Shown here piece after piece: positions 39,018 to 49,006 of a DNA stretch of 64,000 nucleotides; position 1 is the stretch's first letter; each line of letters begins with the position of its first letter. The translations under genes were made by a program, and so were the position numbers. The notes below the pieces were generated by a model, which had not been told where the DNA came from, did no database searches, and saw only the letters and a list, made by a program, of their open reading frames with translations. Source of the stretch: Candidatus Latescibacterota bacterium (GTDB lineage: Bacteria; Latescibacterota; UBA2968; UBA8231); assembly GCA_965203175.1 (NCBI GenBank), contig OZ241867.1, positions 5,216,001 through 5,280,000 of the forward strand, written 5' to 3'.

Positions 39018-40700
39018 ATGGCAATAGCAGCGATAGTCCTTTTCCTCTTGGGATGCGCGGAAAACCATTCTGTAGCAGCGCGGATCGCCGATCGCACCAT
39101 CGCGATCGATCAGGTGGAACGGGTCTGGGACAAGCTGCCGCAAGAGCAAAAAAAATCAAAGCAAGATGTCCTAGAGACACTTATCAATCGCGAGTTGCTG
39201 TTCATAGAAGCCGAGAATAGGGAACTAGATAAGAGCGCACGGGTCCTATCCGACTTAGAACGCGTGCGCCGACAACGAGCCGTAGAACGCCTCATCGAAA
39301 GAGAGGTTAAAAGCCACATAACAGTCTCCGACACAGAGATCAGAACCTATTACGAAAACAGCGACCTGCGCACCAAGCGCGAGGTGCGGGGACGGCATCT
39401 CATGGTGAAAACAGCGGCAGAAGCGCAAACGCTCTACCAAGCGCTTCTAGACGGCGAAGATTTCGCCGAGCTAGCCCGTCGCTTTTCCCTAGACCAACAG
39501 ACCGCTGATAAAGGAGGAGACCTAGGCTACTGGGACGAGTCCTTGATGATCGGCCCCGTCAGCAAGGTGCTCTTTTCCATGCAACTCGGCGAGCTGTCTG
39601 AGCCTTTCCAAGGCAGAGAGGGCTACTTCCACATCGTGCGCGTGGAGGACGAGCGCCCACTGCCCTATGAGTCCTTAAGAAAGAGGATCAAAGACCGGCT
39701 CTACGCAGACCGCCTTGCCGTGCGCACAGCGGAGTTTCGCACGAACATCAGAAAGCAGTTCAATCTACAGCTAGTCGAAGAAACCTGGTTGCAGCTAGTC
39801 AAGCTGGGCAAAACCGCCTCTCATGGCATCCCCGAGTTCGACGAGGACGAGCAGTCAGCAAAACAGCTAATACTCTATGAAGGAGGACAGGTCGCGCTTG
39901 GGCAGTACCTGCAATGGCTCCTAGCAACCCCATCCCAACGGCGTCCCGTAACCGTAGATACCGCGAGCATCGCTCGGTACGCCAGACGCACGGCAGTAGA
40001 TTCCGTGCTGCTGCCGCTAGCTGCCCAACAGGCCGGGCTAGCCGACGACGACGCGATGAAGCGCTATGTAGAAAAGCGCCGAACGGTGCTAATGATCGAA
40101 GAACTACGCCGCCTAGAAGCAGAAGCGCCGATTGTCAATGAAGCTACTATGCGGACCTATTACGAGGAGCATCTATCCTGGTTTACCGATCCCGATCTAC
40201 TCATCTACGAAGCCATCCTGCTCCACCACGAATCAGATGCACTCGATGTCGCCGAAAAAGTGCGCCAAGGAGCCGACATGTGGACTTTGGCCCAAGCTTA
40301 TCCGCGCTTTCACGACGCTTGGTTCCACTACAACATTTACCACATCCACCGCGAGGAAGACGAACAACACGCCCACTCCCCGCACACCATGTCGGCAGTG
40401 TTAGCAGCCGTCCGCAAAACTCCGGTGGGAAAAGTCGGCGGGCCTTTCTTGGTGCACTTCCAGCCACGCGAAAAAATCTGGCCGGGATACATCGTGTTTC
40501 GCACGCTGGAGCAACGCCCTGCCCGATTGCTACCTTTTGCCCATCCCGAGGTTCAGCAAACCGTAAAAAAGATGGTGCGCTCGGCAAATGGCCAGCGCAT
40601 TGAGGAGCGCTTTGAAGCTTTTCTAAGCCAACTGCGGGAGCAGTACGCAGAGCAAATTGAAATATACCCCGAAAATCTCGCATCCGAACCGGCCTTATAA
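39018..40700 (+). CDS. PpiC/parvulin-type peptidyl-prolyl isomerase lipoprotein (SurA/PrsA-like)
   Basis: Lipobox LLGC; RHLMV, GEDFAELARRFSLD...KGGDLG, GELSEP...GYFHI. Confidence 0.85.
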   Translation: MAIAAIVLFLLGCAENHSVAARIADRTIAIDQVERVWDKLPQEQKKSKQDVLETLINRELLFIEAENRELDKSARVLSDLERVRRQRAVERLIEREVKSHITVSDTEIRTYYENSDLRTKREVRGRHLMVKTAAEAQTLYQALLDGEDFAELARRFSLDQQTADKGGDLGYWDESLMIGPVSKVLFSMQLGELSEPFQGREGYFHIVRVEDERPLPYESLRKRIKDRLYADRLAVRTAEFRTNIRKQFNLQLVEETWLQLVKLGKTASHGIPEFDEDEQSAKQLILYEGGQVALGQYLQWLLATPSQRRPVTVDTASIARYARRTAVDSVLLPLAAQQAGLADDDAMKRYVEKRRTVLMIEELRRLEAEAPIVNEATMRTYYEEHLSWFTDPDLLIYEAILLHHESDALDVAEKVRQGADMWTLAQAYPRFHDAWFHYNIYHIHREEDEQHAHSPHTMSAVLAAVRKTPVGKVGGPFLVHFQPREKIWPGYIVFRTLEQRPARLLPFAHPEVQQTVKKMVRSANGQRIEERFEAFLSQLREQYAEQIEIYPENLASEPAL

Positions 40701-40724
40701 ATTCATTCCTACGAAAGGCATTCC

Positions 40725-41837
40725 ATGCACATCACCAAAGTCGAAATACGCACCGTAGCTCCACCAGTTGACCGCTTCACTTGGTCGGACGATCTACCGG
40801 ACCAGTACTCGACCAACACAGTCGTCCGCATCTATACAGACGAGGGCGTCGAGGGCGTAGCCGGCGTCTGGAACGCGACCTCCTTTGACTTCGAACGCTA
40901 TACTGCCGAATCCATACGCCACCTAGCCCCCATCCTGCTGGGCCAGGACCCGCTCTTGCGGGAGCATATATGGCACGAGATCAGGCCGCGCGTCTTTCCG
41001 CTGCCACCCCAGTCGCTGGCCGCCATCGACATCGCCCTGTGGGACCTAGCGGGCAAGGTGGCGGGCCTGCCGCTCTACCGCCTTTTGGGCGGAGCGCGCG
41101 ACAAAATCCCCGCCTACGCCAGCACCCCGCTCTTTGAAGATGTCGAATCCTATCTGAAGAACGCCGAGGAGTTCATCGTCCAAGGCTTCAAGGCCATCAA
41201 GTTCCACACTTGGTGCATTCCCGAACTGGACCTCGAACTCGCCCGCGCCGTCCGGAAGCAGTACCCCGGCAACGACGTCGCCTTCATGCTCGACGCCGAG
41301 AATAACTACGACCGCGACGGCGCTCTGCGCGTCGCCCAAGAACTCGAAGCAATGGGTTTCACGTGGTTTGAAGCCCCATTGCACGACTCAGACCTCGACG
41401 GCTACCGGGAGCTGACGAGCCGGGTAACCATTCCCATCCTTCCATCCGGCAACTGGTTCCAGGACCTCCACACCTTTGCCGAAGCCCTTCATTCAAAGGC
41501 GTGGGGCCGCGCCCGCACCGACGCGGCCATGATGGGCGGAATCACACAGACCAACAAAGCAATCGCCCTCACCGAAGCGGCTGGCATGAAATGCGAGATC
41601 ATGTCGTGGGGATACAGCTTAGTGTCGGCCGCTAACCTGCACCTGATGCTGGCTCACGACAACTGCTCCTATTTCGAGCAATCGGTCCCCTGCGAACCCT
41701 ACGAATACGGAATGCAAGACGTCATCCGCGCCCAACCCGACGGCTATGCTTATGCGCCCGCTGGGCCGGGCCTCGGCCTCACCGTGGACTGGGAAGCCAT
41801 GGCGGCGGCCACGATCCATTCGATTGTCGTCGAGTAG
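40725..41837 (+). CDS. Mandelate racemase/muconate lactonizing enzyme family protein
   Basis: AAIDIALWDLAGK, KAIKFH, MLDAE, WFEAP, PAGPGLG. Confidence 0.9.
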   Translation: MHITKVEIRTVAPPVDRFTWSDDLPDQYSTNTVVRIYTDEGVEGVAGVWNATSFDFERYTAESIRHLAPILLGQDPLLREHIWHEIRPRVFPLPPQSLAAIDIALWDLAGKVAGLPLYRLLGGARDKIPAYASTPLFEDVESYLKNAEEFIVQGFKAIKFHTWCIPELDLELARAVRKQYPGNDVAFMLDAENNYDRDGALRVAQELEAMGFTWFEAPLHDSDLDGYRELTSRVTIPILPSGNWFQDLHTFAEALHSKAWGRARTDAAMMGGITQTNKAIALTEAAGMKCEIMSWGYSLVSAANLHLMLAHDNCSYFEQSVPCEPYEYGMQDVIRAQPDGYAYAPAGPGLGLTVDWEAMAAATIHSIVVE

Positions 41838-41852
41838 GACATCCCCACCCAT

Positions 41853-42854
41853 CTATTTTTCGCAGACGGCGACTCCGATGTGGCGGTAAATACCGTCTTG
41901 ATCAACCTGTATTGTGCCATCGCCCGCGCCGTAGATATTGCCTTGGTCGCGGGCCGAATAATAGAGCAAATAGCGGTCGCCATCTGCGAGGACGCACGGC
42001 GTTGAAGTGTAGCGGCCGTCAAAGTGATTGGGATGGCGTGTGGCTGGGAAGGCCGAGCGCTCAAAATGGTGCTTCCAGTGCAGGCCGTCGGCCGAGGTCG
42101 AGGCGTAAATTTCGAAAATGCCGTCCGCTATGTGGCAGCCGTACCACATGGTATAGGCACCGTTGTTTTCTAGGACATAGGGATAGACGATACTCCTGTG
42201 GGTTTCATTGGCCACGACCGCTGGTTCTGCATCGCGGCTCCAGTGCAGACCATCTTCTGAGGTGAAGCGGTAGATGTGGCGAGCCATGGCGCGAAAATCA
42301 TCGTCTGCCGCCGGCGCAGAATTCATCCACATACGGTAACGGCCCGGACCATCCTTGAGCACACAGGGGCGGCGACCGCTCGGGTAGAGCGGCTCGGGGT
42401 GAACTTCCCAGCGCCGGCCATCCGGACTGATGGCATAACCAAGCATCTGCCGCATAAGAGGACCTTTACTGGTGGTGCCGAGGCGCTGACTCATCACGAA
42501 CCACATCTTGTACAGACCTTCGTCAGCATCAAAGAGGACGTGCGGTGTCTGCCACGCTTGGCCCACAGGGGTCTCGCCCGTGCGCAGAATGGGATTGTCG
42601 GGGAAGGCCGTCCAGTGCAGGCCGTCCTCTGATTCGGCATAGCCCAGATCCATGTCGTCGTTGCGCGTGGCACTGCTGTTGCCCAGATACCACATCTCGT
42701 ACCGGCCATCGACTTTGATCACCGTGGGATTGTAGAGCGTCACCCGGCACCAAGTCTGCTCTGTCGTCATAGTCGAGAGCACGGGCTGGGACGACCGCTG
42801 CCAAGCTAATTCGTTGAGAAATGCATCCGCCATTTTACCGTCCAGAATCGTCAC
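41853..42854 (-). CDS. Hypothetical five-bladed beta-propeller (GH32/GH43/GH130-like)
   Basis: YNPTVI, YEMWY/YKMWF/YRMWM/YTMWY and repeated SEDGLHW; GTGA overlap with the upstream gene. Confidence 0.65.
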   Translation of the reverse strand: MTILDGKMADAFLNELAWQRSSQPVLSTMTTEQTWCRVTLYNPTVIKVDGRYEMWYLGNSSATRNDDMDLGYAESEDGLHWTAFPDNPILRTGETPVGQAWQTPHVLFDADEGLYKMWFVMSQRLGTTSKGPLMRQMLGYAISPDGRRWEVHPEPLYPSGRRPCVLKDGPGRYRMWMNSAPAADDDFRAMARHIYRFTSEDGLHWSRDAEPAVVANETHRSIVYPYVLENNGAYTMWYGCHIADGIFEIYASTSADGLHWKHHFERSAFPATRHPNHFDGRYTSTPCVLADGDRYLLYYSARDQGNIYGAGDGTIQVDQDGIYRHIGVAVCEK

Positions 42855-43843
42855 TCGCCGATCATGGCAGCAGTAAGACGATCTATGAGCGCATCGTCGG
42901 CTGGCAGCAGACCAGAGGCCGGCAAACGCCGCAGTAAGTCGGCCCAGCGGTCGTACTGCGCCTGCGCCCGTTGCAGATAGGGCACCGCTTCTTCTTCGCG
43001 GCCCTCAGAAGCCAAGGTCACCCCCACCCAAAACGGAGCCTCGCCGCCCGTTGCCTCATCGGGCACCAGTTCGGTCGCTGCGCGGTAGGCATCCATGGCC
43101 GCCTCCATGTCCCCCGCAGTCACCCATTCGTCGCCCTCGTTGAGCTTGTGATAGGCCCGCGCCAGACGCACCAAGCGGCGCAGTTCCTCCACCGGCTCGG
43201 GATGATCTTCCACGCGCAGGTCGAACACGCGATCAACCCACGGCCTACCCGTATCTTCGGCAGAAACCACGAGGATGGCCGCCGATTGCCGACCGCGCAG
43301 GTCGCCTCCCTCGGCCTCAGCAACTTCCAAGGCCACGAGCAGCCGCTCTGCCAGATCGCCTGCGGCATTTTCATAGGCGTGTGCCATAGCCGGCCACACG
43401 CTGTCTTGGTCCATCAGGTTCGCCTGAACGCTGTACTGGGCACCGGTCTGATGGCCAGCAGCGACAATGGCCCGCTCGCCCGTATGGACGGCCACGTTCC
43501 CCTCGGCATCTACCATGGCCACTTGCCGCACCACAGCGTCGGCATCCCCTGCGAGCAGAGCGGTGAGCGACGCCTGGGCTGTCTTGCCCATGGCCATCAA
43601 TTCAAGGCCAAGCGGACCGTAAGCCGGATCAACAAGAGATTGAGTGGCCACAGCGCCGACGCCGGGATGGGCCCAAGGAACGATGGGACCAACGGAAAAC
43701 CAGTGGGACTGAACGGCGACGCCGAGTTGACCGCTGAGGGAGTCGCGGGCGACGATGGAATAGGTGGCCACAGGTCGCCGCCAGTCAGGTGCGTCGGCCG
43801 CGACTAGCTGTGCCGTAGTGAAAATTAGGATGAGTAGGCGCAT
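42851..43843 (-). CDS. DUF1028-domain (Ntn-hydrolase-like) exported protein with TPR-like C-terminus
   Basis: TYSIVARD...GVAVQS, GAVATQS, GGDLRGRQSAA, DLRVEDHPEP. Confidence 0.88.
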   Translation of the reverse strand: MRLLILIFTTAQLVAADAPDWRRPVATYSIVARDSLSGQLGVAVQSHWFSVGPIVPWAHPGVGAVATQSLVDPAYGPLGLELMAMGKTAQASLTALLAGDADAVVRQVAMVDAEGNVAVHTGERAIVAAGHQTGAQYSVQANLMDQDSVWPAMAHAYENAAGDLAERLLVALEVAEAEGGDLRGRQSAAILVVSAEDTGRPWVDRVFDLRVEDHPEPVEELRRLVRLARAYHKLNEGDEWVTAGDMEAAMDAYRAATELVPDEATGGEAPFWVGVTLASEGREEEAVPYLQRAQAQYDRWADLLRRLPASGLLPADDALIDRLTAAMIGE

Positions 43844-43872
43844 GATTCCTCCCAAGTGTCGATGGATGGGAA

Positions 43873-45609
43873 TTAACCTTTCTTGTCCTTTGCCAACGGC
43901 CCGGTCGGTGCTTCCTTGCTGTAGAGCGTTGACCCGCGTTCGTACGACACTCTCACCTCGCCATTGGCCACGTCCAGTCGCGGCACGTTACTGTTGAACA
44001 CATCGCGGTCCGGGCCGCGCATCACCGCCAACTGGGCATCGCTCATCCCCTCGACCAATTCGCCCCAGCGGTTTTCCGGGTGGGCCATCTCGCCGCCGCT
44101 GCGGTTGAAGTTGCGCGACGAATACTTGATCAGGATGCCTCGCCGCGCAATCTCGCTCTTCCAAGCCAACGCTCCGTGCGTCGTACCGCCGTCGCCGAAG
44201 AACAGCACGTCGCCGGCCTGCATTTCAACGTGTTTAACCAGCCCCATATCGCGGTCGCAGGTCCGCACGCCGGGGGGCAATTTGTAGTACGCCTTGTGGC
44301 TGCCCGGCACACAGGCAAAACCCCCGTCGCCCGCCCGCACATCCCTGAGCTGCCAAGTCACGGTAATCGCCTCGCAATAGCTGCGGCCGTTGTGGTACAC
44401 ATAGCCGCGACCGGGGTTGAGCGGCTCGTTGGCGTCGTGCAGCGCGTGGCCGCTGGTTCCCTTGACCGAGACAAAACCCGTCGCTCCGCCCATCCGCCCA
44501 CCACTGCCACCCATCCAATTCAGCCGGTGCTCGACCGCCGGATGCGCGACCATCCGCCGGAACGGTTCGCAATACGGCTGGGGCAAGTCCAGCAGTCCAT
44601 TCAACAGAGGCCGCCCAGTTCCCGCCAGACTTTTAGACCCCCGCGCTAACTCTTCGCCGACTACGATCCGTTCCTCAAAACGGTCCACTGCCTCGTTGGC
44701 TGCGGCCAACCACTCCTCGTCCATCACCCCACGCAAGACCAGATAGCCGTTGAGATCCCAAAAGTAAAACTCCCGGTAGTCAATGTCGCTGTCGGGATCT
44801 ACCTGCAAAAGCGACGGATGAAAGACCCCGGAATCCATCCGCGTCGTCTTGCCATCGGTCACAATCGTCGGCGGCGGAGTCGTGGCTTGGTAGCCCGGCT
44901 TGTAGAGCGAGGCCCGCTGCACCTCACTCAATTCGGCGTGCCACTCCGGGCGCGGCTCTGCTTCGGTCTTCGGCCCCGTCCCCGCGCTGCGGATCACGCC
45001 GCGTCCTGCGAATTCGTAACTCAACAGCCTCCCCTGCCACGGTCGCATCCCCTGCACTGTCGCCAGCGCCACAATCAGCAAATCCCCCGCCTTGAGCGCC
45101 GGCTGCAAGGTAAGCCCCATATCGTCGGCCCCTGTCGCCACCTCCTCTGGCGTCGCCACATTGCCCTTGTGGCTGCACGGCACCAGCACAAAACCGCCGT
45201 CCCCCTCCTCCACATCCTCCAGCGCCCACAGCACCCGCACCCCCTCGCTGAAGCGCCGCCCGTTCTGGAAGTAGTACGCAATGGCAGGGTCCCGAGGCTC
45301 GTTGCCGCCGACCAGCGGCGCACTCGTATCGCAGGTCTCTTCACACCAGACTTCTGGTGCGCGGTCGAGGATAAACCCCTGGCCGACGAGCTGGTTGAGA
45401 TACCACACCAGCGCCGGATGCACCAACAGGTCGCGGAATGGCTCCCGCGCCTTTCCCGGCCAACCCAACATCCCCTCCGTCGCCCCCATGGCGTCGATCT
45501 CCCTATTGAGCCGCTCGACCTCCGGCCGAGTCAACGTCCCCGGCACGTGCAAATACCCAGCCACGTCGAAACAGTAATTCTCTTCATTGGTCATCACTTC
45601 ACGGTCCAT
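43873..45609 (-). CDS. Tandem two-domain PhyH-family dioxygenase
   Basis: Two repeats: FDVAGYL...GGFVLVPCSHK and WDLNGYL...GGFACVPGSHK...THG. Confidence 0.85.
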   Translation of the reverse strand: MDREVMTNEENYCFDVAGYLHVPGTLTRPEVERLNREIDAMGATEGMLGWPGKAREPFRDLLVHPALVWYLNQLVGQGFILDRAPEVWCEETCDTSAPLVGGNEPRDPAIAYYFQNGRRFSEGVRVLWALEDVEEGDGGFVLVPCSHKGNVATPEEVATGADDMGLTLQPALKAGDLLIVALATVQGMRPWQGRLLSYEFAGRGVIRSAGTGPKTEAEPRPEWHAELSEVQRASLYKPGYQATTPPPTIVTDGKTTRMDSGVFHPSLLQVDPDSDIDYREFYFWDLNGYLVLRGVMDEEWLAAANEAVDRFEERIVVGEELARGSKSLAGTGRPLLNGLLDLPQPYCEPFRRMVAHPAVEHRLNWMGGSGGRMGGATGFVSVKGTSGHALHDANEPLNPGRGYVYHNGRSYCEAITVTWQLRDVRAGDGGFACVPGSHKAYYKLPPGVRTCDRDMGLVKHVEMQAGDVLFFGDGGTTHGALAWKSEIARRGILIKYSSRNFNRSGGEMAHPENRWGELVEGMSDAQLAVMRGPDRDVFNSNVPRLDVANGEVRVSYERGSTLYSKEAPTGPLAKDKKG

Positions 45610-45637
45610 TGGACACCTCCTTTGTCCGATGTGGTGT

Positions 45638-45943
45638 TTAGGCGGCTACGGAATCGCTGACCTCAACTGCAAGGCGCAACCCCAACTCGCGAAGAACTGC
45701 GGTCAGACTTAAGAGTTGGGGATTACCTTGGTCGGACAGCATTCGATACATCGACTCGCGATTGAGCTGAGCGCCCTCTGCGAGTCGCTTCATGCCGTGG
45801 GCTTCGGCTACATCACGCAGCGCAAGGAGAAACACATCAGGGGAGCCATCCTCAAGAGCAGCAGTCAAATACGCAGCCGCTTCGCTGGGATCTCTGAGAT
45901 CCTCAAGTAGCCCTTCTTTATATGGGCGAGATGCTTTGCTCAT
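45638..45943 (-). CDS. Addiction-module antidote protein (HI1420-type HTH antitoxin)
   Basis: AAAYLTAALEDG...FLLALRDVAEAHGM...LNRESMYRMLSDQGNP. Confidence 0.88.
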   Translation of the reverse strand: MSKASRPYKEGLLEDLRDPSEAAAYLTAALEDGSPDVFLLALRDVAEAHGMKRLAEGAQLNRESMYRMLSDQGNPQLLSLTAVLRELGLRLAVEVSDSVAA

Positions 45944-45956
45944 AATGACCTTTTTC

Positions 45957-45995
45957 TTTAGTGCCACCGCAAAGCAACGGTAGCCGAAAAGCTAC
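45957..45995 (-). pseudogene. Remnant of the cognate HI1419/RelE-type toxin fused to an operator palindrome
   Basis: 45957-45977 reads LLCGGTK (toxin C-terminal LLCGGxK motif) with no start codon, directly after GTAGC-6 nt-GCTAC (45980-45995). Confidence 0.55.
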
Positions 45996-46081
45996 AACGC
46001 CGCAAGGATAGCTAATGACAATAATGGACGCTACCCTACCGACGCGATATATTGCCCTGTCCATCAACAGGAGAACACGCC

Positions 46082-47425
46082 ATGGCTCTGACCCCTTGGA
46101 TCCGCATCGGCCAGCCCTTAGAGGCGGTCATGTCCGACTACGAGCGCATCTTTGACGCCTGGGAACAAGGCGGCATTCGCGGCCTTGTCTTTGGCCGCCT
46201 GGTCTTTGCCGACGAGCAGGGCCAGTCTACCATCCCCGCGTTCAAGGGCGATCCCGCGCCCTACCAAAAGCGCGGCCTCAAAGCCGAACTGCGCGACGTA
46301 CCCCTGCAACCCGACAAGGAAAAGCTCCTACACGCCATGCTGGCCGACGCCAAAAATCGCGGCTGGACCGTGATGATCTTCGCGCCCGCCTCCGGCACCA
46401 TTGCCGCCGAGGGTCTGCCGCTGGAGGAGGACCCCTACGGCACTCAGGCACACGCCGCATCTTGGGAGGACATCTTCGCGGCTTTCCCAGAAGCCGACGG
46501 CGGTATTGTCGATGGCTGGACCGAGTCGCCCTACGAGCTGACGTACCACCACGGCAACGCGGTTTTCCGCCCGCTCAACGACGGCCAGCGCCGAGAGGCA
46601 ACGGCTAGAGGCTACGACGCTGAACGCTTGGAGCAGGGCCGCCAGCACTTGCACCAGCGCTTCCAGAGCTTCACGCCCGCCGAAGTGGACTACTATGGCG
46701 ATTACGGCGTACTCTCGGAGATGAACCTCTTCGACATCAACGAAGACGCGCTCTACTGGCTGCGCTGGCGCCGCGAAGACGGCATCCGCCAAGGCCGCGC
46801 CTTCCGCCAAGCCATAGACGAGTTGCCGCGCCAACTGCTCTTGGGCAATGGCCCGCGCTCGGCTGTGTTTTCCGGCATGACTGCGCTCGACTTCCACGCC
46901 TGGGGTCAGATCGTGGATTTGCTCCTAGTCAAGCACTACTTCTGGCATCGCGGCTTTGACGGGATGTACGGCACAGTCGCCCGCTGGGTACAGCAGATTC
47001 AGGAGTGGAATCCGGTGTTGAGCGAGGCGCGGTGCTGGACGGTGCTTCGCGCTTGGCTCGGCATCCGCCTGCCCGAGGTGGAGTGTCTAGCCGATATGGA
47101 GTTGGGATTTCCGCAGGCGTTTTTCGACGAGGTGGTACAGGAAGAGACGCGCCGCGCCATTGCCGCAGTCGGCGACCCGCAAAAGATCCTGCCCTGGGTC
47201 GATACCGGGCGCATGCCCCACGGCGGCGACCCCATGACCTCCGGCGATCTCTACCGCATCCTCCAAGCTTCAGAAGAAGTCGGACTACAGCGCTTCCTCT
47301 TCCACAACCACGCCCACCTGACCGCAGCCGAATGGGCAGTCATCTCGCGGATGTGCGGCACGGCGTGGGACGAAAATCCGGACGGCTACTGGCCCCCGGC
47401 GACGCCCAAACCTTCGACGTTCTGA
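46082..47425 (+). CDS. Hypothetical protein (possible TIM-barrel)
   Basis: ATG 46082 after AGGAGA; 447 aa with strong codon bias; no recognised family motif. Confidence 0.65.
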   Translation: MALTPWIRIGQPLEAVMSDYERIFDAWEQGGIRGLVFGRLVFADEQGQSTIPAFKGDPAPYQKRGLKAELRDVPLQPDKEKLLHAMLADAKNRGWTVMIFAPASGTIAAEGLPLEEDPYGTQAHAASWEDIFAAFPEADGGIVDGWTESPYELTYHHGNAVFRPLNDGQRREATARGYDAERLEQGRQHLHQRFQSFTPAEVDYYGDYGVLSEMNLFDINEDALYWLRWRREDGIRQGRAFRQAIDELPRQLLLGNGPRSAVFSGMTALDFHAWGQIVDLLLVKHYFWHRGFDGMYGTVARWVQQIQEWNPVLSEARCWTVLRAWLGIRLPEVECLADMELGFPQAFFDEVVQEETRRAIAAVGDPQKILPWVDTGRMPHGGDPMTSGDLYRILQASEEVGLQRFLFHNHAHLTAAEWAVISRMCGTAWDENPDGYWPPATPKPSTF

Positions 47426-47470
47426 GCATCATATAGTGCCTCAGAGACCTTCATCGTCAGATCGTACGCG

Positions 47471-48901
47471 TTACTCTTCCAAACACCATTCATACGGACC
47501 GGGCCCCGTATAGCTAATCATCTCGGCGATCTGCCCGCGCATTGACGCAATCCGCTCCTGACAATCAGGACGGCCAGCCACGTTTTTCATTTCACCCGGA
47601 TCGGCATCCAAGTCGTACAGTTCGTCGATATCGAACCGATTCCAGATATATTTCCAGTTCCCATCGCGGACCATCACATGAGCAGCGAGCTGTTCCGGCT
47701 CTTGCGCGTTGTGATAAATCGCGTCGAGGCTGGCAATCTCGGCGAAGATAGGCCGACGATCAGGTTCCCGTCTGTTCAGAATTGCCTCCGCTACGGAACG
47801 TCCATCAATCGGTGCCGGCGGACTTTCATTTGCGAGGTTGAGTAACGTCGGCATCAGATCGACGCCGGCGAATGGTGCTGCTACCCGGAATCCGCGCGGC
47901 AATTGTTCGGGCCATGAGATCAAACAGGGCACCCGTGCCGACGCTTCGTACATCAAGCATTTCTCCACATAGCCATGATCGCCCAGCAATTCCCCGTGAT
48001 CACTCATGAAGACGACAATCGTATTGTCGAGCAGATCTCGTTCTTCAAGGGCTTTGAGGATGCGCCCGACTTGCGTGTCGATGTGTGTAATGAGGGCGTA
48101 ATAGTACGCCACCATTCGGCGAAATTCCTCGTCAGTTACCTCAGGACGAATGCGGAACTTCCCTCGCGTCTGAAAGTCGGGCTTGCCTTCCAGTGGATCT
48201 CGCAAGGAGTCAGGAAGCGGAATCTGTTCTTCTGGATAGCTCGCCAGAAGCTCCGGTGGCACCAAAATTCTAGGATGCGGATCCTTGACACTCGCAAACA
48301 GAAAGAACGGATCATCATCTTCCTGCCGAATAAATTCCAGACTGCGGTCAACGGTCCAAGTCGTCCGTTGCTGCCGAGGATCCTCAATGGTACCAAACTC
48401 CAAGGTATTTTCGTACAGGGTCATCCCAGGCGCGTCTGAAAGATACAGGTTGGGAACCCCTTCTCGTTTAAAATAATCAAACAGCGGATCTGGATATTCA
48501 CCCAAATAACGATAGGTGCACCAGAAATCCGTGAACCCGTGTTGCGGCAGGTGATCATCGCCCAGATGCCACGGTCCGACAATGCCACAGCGATATCCGG
48601 CCGCTTGCAGCACATCGCCGATTGTAATGCAGTTATCCGGCAGGCAGGAACCGAACTCGCCCTTCCTGCCGGGACCGTAATTCCGCAGTTGCAGGTGGGC
48701 ATGCGGATAAAGACCCGTCAACCAACTCGCGCGCGCCGGCGAACACACCGGAGAAGCGCAGTACGCGTTCTCAAAACAAACGCCATTCGCCGCCAACTGA
48801 TCGAGGTGCGGCGTCTGCACCGTAGGACTACCCGCGAATCCAGCCGCGTCCCATCGCATCTGATCGCACATAATCAGCACTATATTCGGGCGTGAGCTCA
48901 T
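47471..48901 (-). CDS. Sulfatase (formylglycine-dependent)
   Basis: PNIVLIMCDQ, CSPAR (CxPxR), DPHP, MSDHGE. Confidence 0.92.
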   Translation of the reverse strand: MSSRPNIVLIMCDQMRWDAAGFAGSPTVQTPHLDQLAANGVCFENAYCASPVCSPARASWLTGLYPHAHLQLRNYGPGRKGEFGSCLPDNCITIGDVLQAAGYRCGIVGPWHLGDDHLPQHGFTDFWCTYRYLGEYPDPLFDYFKREGVPNLYLSDAPGMTLYENTLEFGTIEDPRQQRTTWTVDRSLEFIRQEDDDPFFLFASVKDPHPRILVPPELLASYPEEQIPLPDSLRDPLEGKPDFQTRGKFRIRPEVTDEEFRRMVAYYYALITHIDTQVGRILKALEERDLLDNTIVVFMSDHGELLGDHGYVEKCLMYEASARVPCLISWPEQLPRGFRVAAPFAGVDLMPTLLNLANESPPAPIDGRSVAEAILNRREPDRRPIFAEIASLDAIYHNAQEPEQLAAHVMVRDGNWKYIWNRFDIDELYDLDADPGEMKNVAGRPDCQERIASMRGQIAEMISYTGPGPYEWCLEE

Positions 48902-49006
48902 TATCATCCTCCGAGTCTCTGGCGTTTACCGGTGCGTATTAGGTATAATAAGGCCGCTCCACGCGGCTAGCGAATCTTCCTCTACACCAATACACAGGAT
49001 CGAATC

